From the IMG/VR virus record IMGVR_UViG_3300006734_000001, positions 1-52,162 of that record: a DNA stretch of 52,162 nt; one strand, 5' to 3'. A program made the translations under genes and the position numbers. The notes under the pieces were generated by a model that saw only the letters and a program-made list of their open reading frames with translations, made no database searches and had not been told where the DNA came from. Shown here one piece after another: positions 45,369-52,162 of this stretch (the first letter of the stretch is position 1; each line of letters opens with the position of its first letter). This DNA comes from a virus. Lineage: Duplodnaviria > Caudoviricetes.

Positions 45369-48300
45369 ATGGAATTCAAATACATTGGCTCGCTGGATGA
45401 AGAGGAGCCAGCAACAACGCAGCAACTAGAACCGCAAGTCAGCCAGCAACCAACCAAAACTGATGGCGGAACGCGGTTCAAATACATTGGCGATGTTGAG
45501 GCAATCGGTCAAGAGTTCTTCAGCTTTGAAGATGCAATATCAGCGATAGGCACGATACCCGAGGCTTTGGCGGTTGGCATTCCTGCTGCATTTCAAAAAC
45601 TTGTAACCGGACTTGAGATTCCAGAAGAGTCTGAAGCTATCGAGAGAGAGATTGAATTCCAACAGAGGATGCAGAAAGAGCAAGCGGATCGCGTGGCATC
45701 AGGCAAGGCCACAGTATTTGGCTCTGCTGTTCGCGCAGGAGCGCCAAGTTACTCTGGGAGCTTTATGACAATGGGCGCAGCAATCCCTGCGGGGATTGGT
45801 GGAGCTATTGCTGGCGGTCCTGCGGCGAAAATCACAGGACCAGCGGCGGCAATGGCGGCATCTGGCACGGTAGCCTATCGCATGGCTGGCTCCGATCTGA
45901 TGTATCGGGCCTACAAGCAGCTTGAAAATAAGAAGGGTTCCCCCCTTACCGATGAAGAGAAAGCAGAGTTTTACAAGACCATTCTTCCTATCGCACAGAA
46001 CGCCGCCCTATGGGAAGCTGGGCCGGAAGCGGTCAGTAATGCCATCTCTCTTGGCGTAGGCAGGTTTGTATTCGGATTCGGTAAGGGCACTGCAAAGCAA
46101 GTTGTCAATGAATCCATCGAGGCAGCAAACAAGACCTTAACCCGCAAGATTGGGGAGAAGAGCGCCGCAATTGCTGGAGGATTGGGGGCGGAAATTGCCA
46201 GCGAAGGCGTTACCGCTATGGGTCAGTTCCCGCAGGAGAAAAAGGTTCAGCAATTCGTGGAGACAGGAACAACCGAAGGCGCAGAGACTCAATACCCCGG
46301 CGGATATTTACAGGCAGTCAAGGATGTCGCGCCTGCCACCACGGCAGTATATTTTGGAATGGGTGCAGTAGGCGGGGGGGCTAAGCTAGCTACCCTCCCA
46401 TTCCAGAGGCAGAAGTCGCCAGAGCAGATCGAGGAAGACAACATCAATCTTGAGGCTGAAAGGGTTTCGAGAGAGCTTTCCGTTGGCGAGACAGACGAAG
46501 AGACGAAGGGTATCGTCGCCGCGCTCAACACCGCTAGGGATAACCTCGCTGCGAAGAAAGAAGTCTACACCGCGCTTGAGCCTACCGATCCCGCCGCCCA
46601 ATCCCTTGGTATGGAGATTCGCCAGATGGAGCGGGATGTGGCGATGCTGGATGCGGAACTACGCAAGAGGACTGGCGAACCCCTCGCCCAAGCAGAGGCA
46701 CAGCAAGCAGAGATTGCCCGTGGGTTGGAGGAGCCAGTATCGGCAACGATAACGCAAGAGCAAAGGGTGACAGATCTTCGTGCCGTATCGGAGAATACCG
46801 CTACACCGGAGCAGATCGCGTCTCTTTCGCAGGCCGGGTTGGTCGATGTGATCAAAGGCAAGCCCGTCGTTAACGAGGACGGAGAGGCTATCCTCGCGCA
46901 AGCACAGGCTCCCCTGCCGCGACTTACGCCGGAAGAGAGAGTTGCGGAGATCGAGGGTGAAGCTCCGGTTGCGCCCGCTCCAGCAGAGGGCGTAACAGAA
47001 ACCCCAGAGCAAAGATATTCAAGACTACTTGCGGAAGCTGAACCGTTCTCAAGGCCGGGAACAAACTACAACCGCAATATCGCATCATCCTACGAGCGAT
47101 TGAAGGCTGGAGTTGAATCTGGTTCAACGCTAAACGAACCTCGCGCAGAAGAACTTGAGATTAGACTTCGCAAGGTTCAGCCCGCCCCCGCATCTACTAT
47201 CAGAGAAGAACCGCAAGTTTCTCCAATGATAGGCGCGGAGCCAACTCAACCTGCGCCAGCGGAAGGAGTAACACCAGCACCGGAAACCGCCGCAGAGCCG
47301 GATATCCGCAGAGCGGCAGTAGAAGAAGAAGTCCAACCCGTCCCCGCAGAGGAGCAATACACACCCAAGCAAGCGCAGAGTGCGCTGAAGAAGCTCTTCG
47401 GTCGCAAAATCCCGGACCGCATCAAGATCATCAACGACCCGGAGAATAAGAGAAAAGCTGGATACTTTGTAGATAACGGAGAAATTGAACTAAACCTCGC
47501 GTATCTCAAAAAGACCGACAACTTGGAGGACATCATCACCCACGAAATCGGGCACTTCATCTACCCCGACCCCGAGTTTCAAAAGGCATTCCAATCATTC
47601 TGGGAAGCAATTCCGGATGATAAAAAGGAAAACATCACCAATTACGTCAAGTCTGCCTACAGCAAAGATACTGGAGAAATCCAGATCGAGGAAGCGCAGG
47701 TCATTGCCTTTGAGAAGATCATTGCCCGCAGCAAGCGCGGCGTGAATTGGTGGACGCAACTCAAGGACATCATCAATCGCATCATCAATCGCATCTTTGG
47801 AACTGATTTCGAGGTATCCGACCACGGCGCTATGGCGGTCTTGGCTGCTGGAATCAAGCGATACGGTAGCGGGGAGAGGATCATCCGCGAGACGAAGAAG
47901 CTACCAGAGGGTAGCGATATCCGTATGGCTGGAGTCCAATCGCAGGACGCCCGCTTCGCAGAGCTAGAGGCTAGGGCTAGAGAGGGAGACAAGGAAGCTG
48001 AAGCGGAAGCGCAGAGGATGGTGGATGAGGCGGCGAAGGCGGCTGGGTATGGGATGTATGGTGTTCACAGAACAACCGAGGCTGGAATTACTGAATTCAA
48101 GAAAGAGGGCGTTGGTCGCGGCGTATCATTTTCTGGAGACGCGGGTTTCTATTTTGCTTTTTCTGAAAACGACCAAGCCTCGCAAGTTTTTGGCAATAGA
48201 GTTTACAGGGCTTACCTCAAGGTAAACAACCCCGCTCCTGTATCGGTTGTATTTAAAAATGTAATTAGAACAGTTGTTCCGGAATCCGCAAGAGAAGCTG

Positions 48301-51300
48301 TAGGTAAATTCTTTTCACGACTTCGATTTGAAAGGGCGCGGCAAGGCAACATAATCAATGCGGCAAAGACTGCATTCCAAGAAGCTACCCAGCGCAGAAT
48401 AAATCCAGAGAGAATGTTTAGGGCTGATGCCGAAAGATTGATGGATTTGGGATACGATGGGATTGTCTGGAGCGGAGATGAAAATATAACCGCGCCCCCT
48501 CAAATTGTCGTCTTTACTCCAAACCAAATCAAATCCGCAGACCCATTCACATACGACGATGCAGGCAATCTAATCCCCCTATCCCAGCGATTCCAACCAA
48601 CAGAAAGAGACATCCGCAGAATGGCGGTGGAGCCACGGAGAGAGCAAGAGGCTGGAATCAAGAATATCGGTAAGATTATTGATACGCCGGTGGGCATCAA
48701 CCGCCGCACCGAGGAAGTGATCCGCAGGGATGTGTTCAATTCTGATGAAGTAAACCCAGAGCAAACCGCAAAGGCATACGATCTGATTGATCGGTTGAGC
48801 CGTGATCCAAAAGAGGCGAACAACTACGCCGACGAGATCAATGAACTCACTAGGAAAGAACTCTCTGCTGAAGAGAACAGAGAGGTTGCACAGACAATTG
48901 GCGCGGTGAAGCTCGGAAATGAACTCTTCAAATATGCGGTGAATCTCGCCGCCAAGGGAGATATCCGCATGCTCCAGCTTCTTACTGAACGGTTCAATGA
49001 TTTGGCTACAGGCGCAGGCGGAATCGGGCAGGATGCTCGCAACCTGCAAGCCCGCCAGAACCTAGCAAGCTGGGTGAAGCGAGCGGCGGAAAGCCAGAAG
49101 ACAGGCATTGTTAACGCAGTAGCCATCCAAATCTATGGACCCGGCGCAACACAAGAACAGATCGACACCATCCGCGATGCGGTGAATGCGGTGAACAAGA
49201 CGAAGGTGGAGGATGCCGACGCCATCTACACCGACCTAGAGGAGACGGGTAGCAGGACCGGAGTCGAGATTCGCAAGGCAGTAGAGAAGGCGATGGACAA
49301 AGCTGACGCCTCTAGCAAAGACCCGTGGGTGATGGCTCTGGAGATTGTAAAGGCTATCGAGGGATTCCAGAAGTTCACCTATGAAGGGCTGACCATATCT
49401 GTCCCTCAGAACATCAAGAACCTTGTTAGCAAGAACCTCGCCAACTACCGCAAGAAGATGAAGACCAAGGGCGCGGACGGGTTGGAGAAGACATTCTGGA
49501 AAACGATGTCCGACCAAGAGGACAAGATGGGGCCGCTTGGTGAGGTGGACATGGCGGTGGGCAGGAACTTGGCTGGCATCGTGAAGGATACGCTGATCAA
49601 GCTGGGGCTGAAGGGTGAGCCTCCGGACACCAAGATGACTTTGATCGAGCAGGTTGCCAACATCCTCTCCAACAACGAACTATCGACAGACCGCATGGCA
49701 GAGGCGGATAAGCGAATCTCGGAAGAGATAGCGGCACGCAGGGGGAAAGAGGTTTCTGATGCGGAAGATGCCAATGCTAGCCCGGAGGTCATAGACGCTA
49801 TCGAAGCCAAGTGGGAGGGCATCCAACAAGCATGGGATGAATCCATGTCCCGTCAGATGGATATCCCGATCAGCGATGCCACGCTCCGCCGACTCATTAG
49901 CAATGAACTGAAGGAAGATAATACAACCATCTCGCAATTCGTGAAAGAGGTTGGTGACGATATTGCCATCTCCAACGCAAGGAAGGGAACCATCATTAAC
50001 AAGATCATCTCCAAGCTCAATGGTTTGAATGAGGACGGGTCTACCAAGCGCGACTACACCAAGCTAGAAGAGTTTCTTTCCAGTCAATTTGACCAAATGG
50101 TTTCCAACCAGAAGCTCAAGAACCGGATGCGTTCTGCGGTCAAGAAGGTGGCGAAGGAGGCTGATCCCAACAAGCAGGCGGAACGCCAAATCGAGCGCCT
50201 TGCCGAACTCCAAAGCGATGTCCAGAGGTGGCCGCAAAAGAGGGAAGACAAGGTTCGTGATATTGTTTCCCAAGATTTACGAAACAAGCTGGACTTGGGG
50301 TTGAGGGTCGCAGACAAAATCAAGCGCAACTGGAAGCCTGTGCTTGTAGACAGGTTGGTCAATGCTGGTGTCGATCAAAGCACGGCTGGCATTCTCGCCG
50401 ACATTGTGTGGAGGCAGCATGAGATCAACTATCTCAACAGGAAGATGGCGCAGGTCGAGCGTGCCGTGACCAGAGGCAGTTTGGCCCCGATCATTGATGC
50501 GATCAAGAACACTCCGCTCGCCCAGCAACAAGACCCAGCGTGGAAGAGGAAGGTCGCCTACGATTATCTGATCAACGCAGGGCTGGATGCAAAGACTGCC
50601 GGGAGACTGGCAGACCTCATGGACACCACGCTCCAGAAGGTTCTCGCCGCCGCGCAGGCCAAGGCATTCGAGGACACGCTCAAAGGCAAGCTAGGTGATC
50701 AACGCTCCCGCCGTGGGATGGAGAAGTTCTTGAGGGCAATCCGAACCGGGGCAATCGACCCGACCAAGAATATAACAAGCGAGATCGCCGCCGCCAATGG
50801 GTGGACAGGGTTCACAAGCGAGCAATACGCCCGTCTCTCCGAACTGGATTCTATCGTCAACGATAAAAAGAAGACCGATCTGGAACTTGCTGCCGCCTAC
50901 AAGGAGATTCAAGACATCCTAGCGGACGCAAAGCTACAACCAAGGGTGAGGGAAGCATTGGCTGCATACTACACGGCGAACGCCTTGTCCGGCATCCCAA
51001 CCGCAACGGTGAACATCTTCTCCCCAATTGGATTCTCCCTCCGCAATCTAATGACGGACACGATCAAGAATCTGGCAACCAACCCCGCCGCATTGCCAAC
51101 GACCTTCGACACCTTCGTGTCTAGTTGGAAGACCTACTTCTCGGAGGTGGCATTCAGCTTCAAGAACAATGTTCAGCGTCGAGGCGTGGTGGAATACCTT
51201 TCCAACGACGATATTCTCCTTCGCCTCTACAACAAGGGCAAGAAGCAATGGCAGCAAGGTCAGCGGGCGGAGGGAATGAAGAATATGATTGTCGGCATGA

Positions 51301-52162
51301 TGGAGTATGTCGGCAGGATGCTAAAGGCTTTGGACGAGGGAGCGGTGTCCGTGCTGGAGCAGCAGGGGCTGACCCGCTATGCCATGGATGCCATGCAAAA
51401 GGCGGGAATCCCGGCAAAGGATGCTAGGGCCGCAGCCAATGCTGTCCTCTCCCAAAAGCAGGCATTCATTGAGGAGATGGTGGCGAAGGGAGTGAACAAG
51501 ACGCAAGCGAGAGCAATGTCCGACGATGTGTTCCGCTCTGCGTGGGTTGAGGCGCTGACCAACTTTGAGATCCCAAGCCAGCAGGTTCTAAACGCCTCGC
51601 TCAACGACGCTTTGGCATCCATCGGCAGGATCAACAATACCTTTGATGCGTTGAAGAAGGAGGATCGCAACATCCGCGACCTTGGCTTCGCCTCCGCGCC
51701 TCCGATTGGGTTGCTGGAAAGGCTTGGAGAATCATTGAACAGCGACAAAGCCACCGAGACACAGAAGGTCTTTTACCGAATGGTTTATGGTTTCGCCATC
51801 GTTCCTGCTCGCGTCTTCCGTGAGGCGGCATGGTTTTCGCCATACGGGTTTGTGAGGTTTGCTGTGAACAGCTTCTCCAAGAGGGGCGGGGGAGCGGGCC
51901 GATACGCCCAGTCCCTTGGAACGGATGCCCAGTTCCGCCAGAGGATGACTGAAACAATAGCTGGAACCGCTGTGCTTGGCGCAATGCTTGCACTATCCAA
52001 GGGATCGGACGAAGACCCGTTCGATGAACTTCCGTTTAAGATCGTAGTCACGGGCAACGGTCCCGAGCGCAGGCTCGACCCGCAGTTCTACGATTCATGG
52101 AACAAGAAATACAAAAGGAATGCTCTGCATGTATTTTTTGGAAAAACCAAGTTTGCGATCAA
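45369..52162 (+). CDS. Giant polyvalent/ejection protein (~2,524 aa, ends at 904) with HExxH metallopeptidase-like and ADP-ribosyltransferase-like domains
   Basis: ATG 45369 (MEFKYIG); track lists no ORF in this frame, consistent with no stop before the window end; THEIGH at ~47541; AQRMVDEAAKAAGY..VHRT..GFYF..YLKVNNP..GYDGI..VVFTPNQIKSADP at ~48010-48600. Confidence 0.85.
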   Translation, partial: MEFKYIGSLDEEEPATTQQLEPQVSQQPTKTDGGTRFKYIGDVEAIGQEFFSFEDAISAIGTIPEALAVGIPAAFQKLVTGLEIPEESEAIEREIEFQQRMQKEQADRVASGKATVFGSAVRAGAPSYSGSFMTMGAAIPAGIGGAIAGGPAAKITGPAAAMAASGTVAYRMAGSDLMYRAYKQLENKKGSPLTDEEKAEFYKTILPIAQNAALWEAGPEAVSNAISLGVGRFVFGFGKGTAKQVVNESIEAANKTLTRKIGEKSAAIAGGLGAEIASEGVTAMGQFPQEKKVQQFVETGTTEGAETQYPGGYLQAVKDVAPATTAVYFGMGAVGGGAKLATLPFQRQKSPEQIEEDNINLEAERVSRELSVGETDEETKGIVAALNTARDNLAAKKEVYTALEPTDPAAQSLGMEIRQMERDVAMLDAELRKRTGEPLAQAEAQQAEIARGLEEPVSATITQEQRVTDLRAVSENTATPEQIASLSQAGLVDVIKGKPVVNEDGEAILAQAQAPLPRLTPEERVAEIEGEAPVAPAPAEGVTETPEQRYSRLLAEAEPFSRPGTNYNRNIASSYERLKAGVESGSTLNEPRAEELEIRLRKVQPAPASTIREEPQVSPMIGAEPTQPAPAEGVTPAPETAAEPDIRRAAVEEEVQPVPAEEQYTPKQAQSALKKLFGRKIPDRIKIINDPENKRKAGYFVDNGEIELNLAYLKKTDNLEDIITHEIGHFIYPDPEFQKAFQSFWEAIPDDKKENITNYVKSAYSKDTGEIQIEEAQVIAFEKIIARSKRGVNWWTQLKDIINRIINRIFGTDFEVSDHGAMAVLAAGIKRYGSGERIIRETKKLPEGSDIRMAGVQSQDARFAELEARAREGDKEAEAEAQRMVDEAAKAAGYGMYGVHRTTEAGITEFKKEGVGRGVSFSGDAGFYFAFSENDQASQVFGNRVYRAYLKVNNPAPVSVVFKNVIRTVVPESAREAVGKFFSRLRFERARQGNIINAAKTAFQEATQRRINPERMFRADAERLMDLGYDGIVWSGDENITAPPQIVVFTPNQIKSADPFTYDDAGNLIPLSQRFQPTERDIRRMAVEPRREQEAGIKNIGKIIDTPVGINRRTEEVIRRDVFNSDEVNPEQTAKAYDLIDRLSRDPKEANNYADEINELTRKELSAEENREVAQTIGAVKLGNELFKYAVNLAAKGDIRMLQLLTERFNDLATGAGGIGQDARNLQARQNLASWVKRAAESQKTGIVNAVAIQIYGPGATQEQIDTIRDAVNAVNKTKVEDADAIYTDLEETGSRTGVEIRKAVEKAMDKADASSKDPWVMALEIVKAIEGFQKFTYEGLTISVPQNIKNLVSKNLANYRKKMKTKGADGLEKTFWKTMSDQEDKMGPLGEVDMAVGRNLAGIVKDTLIKLGLKGEPPDTKMTLIEQVANILSNNELSTDRMAEADKRISEEIAARRGKEVSDAEDANASPEVIDAIEAKWEGIQQAWDESMSRQMDIPISDATLRRLISNELKEDNTTISQFVKEVGDDIAISNARKGTIINKIISKLNGLNEDGSTKRDYTKLEEFLSSQFDQMVSNQKLKNRMRSAVKKVAKEADPNKQAERQIERLAELQSDVQRWPQKREDKVRDIVSQDLRNKLDLGLRVADKIKRNWKPVLVDRLVNAGVDQSTAGILADIVWRQHEINYLNRKMAQVERAVTRGSLAPIIDAIKNTPLAQQQDPAWKRKVAYDYLINAGLDAKTAGRLADLMDTTLQKVLAAAQAKAFEDTLKGKLGDQRSRRGMEKFLRAIRTGAIDPTKNITSEIAAANGWTGFTSEQYARLSELDSIVNDKKKTDLELAAAYKEIQDILADAKLQPRVREALAAYYTANALSGIPTATVNIFSPIGFSLRNLMTDTIKNLATNPAALPTTFDTFVSSWKTYFSEVAFSFKNNVQRRGVVEYLSNDDILLRLYNKGKKQWQQGQRAEGMKNMIVGMMEYVGRMLKALDEGAVSVLEQQGLTRYAMDAMQKAGIPAKDARAAANAVLSQKQAFIEEMVAKGVNKTQARAMSDDVFRSAWVEALTNFEIPSQQVLNASLNDALASIGRINNTFDALKKEDRNIRDLGFASAPPIGLLERLGESLNSDKATETQKVFYRMVYGFAIVPARVFREAAWFSPYGFVRFAVNSFSKRGGGAGRYAQSLGTDAQFRQRMTETIAGTAVLGAMLALSKGSDEDPFDELPFKIVVTGNGPERRLDPQFYDSWNKKYKRNALHVFFGKTKFAI
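52040..52162. repeat. Terminal direct repeat (copy 2)
   Basis: Identical to 1-123. Confidence 0.97.

Larger units (their letters stand above)
935..50865. repeat. Dispersed 14-bp palindrome TATCG-KYRM-CGATA, at least 21 copies
   Basis: Starts at 935, 2652, 5880, 7922, 11422, 13099, 15947, 16799, 18348, 19489, 21030, 23187, 26057, 29470, 32321, 33726, 34739, 38773, 41123, 46738, 50852. Confidence 0.95.

Noticed and set aside
935-50865. Palindromes as CRISPR repeats, attC sites or IS ends
   Set aside because: Kilobase spacing, half lie inside intact genes, and there are no spacers, integrase or transposase
1-52162. Alternative genetic code
   Set aside because: Standard code gives dense, full-length genes, and TAA, TAG and TGA all serve as stops

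Overview
A complete, circularly permuted tailed-phage genome (about 52,039 bp; bases 1-123 repeat exactly at 52040-52162) with a podovirus-like virion module. It encodes terminase, portal, scaffold, major capsid, decoration/fibre/spike proteins, a lysis cassette, tail tube proteins, ejection proteins and a ~2,524-aa polyvalent protein that spans the junction. It also has a DnaB/initiator replication module, an SF2 helicase, a PD-(D/E)XK nuclease and an SSB-like gene. I see no integrase, DNA polymerase, tRNA or CRISPR array. The most striking unexplained signal is a 14-bp palindrome, TATCG-KYRM-CGATA, found at least 21 times about every 2.5 kb, in intergenic DNA and inside genes in different frames; an LmbU/ParB-like HTH gene is a candidate binder. 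Other notable items: three tandem sigma54-type promoters upstream of an early-gene array separated by tRNA-T-loop-like hairpins and CA-rich leaders, two candidate structured RNAs, a duplicated fibre-tip/chaperone cassette, and an unusually Cys-rich virion. All calls are by eye; no database searches were run.
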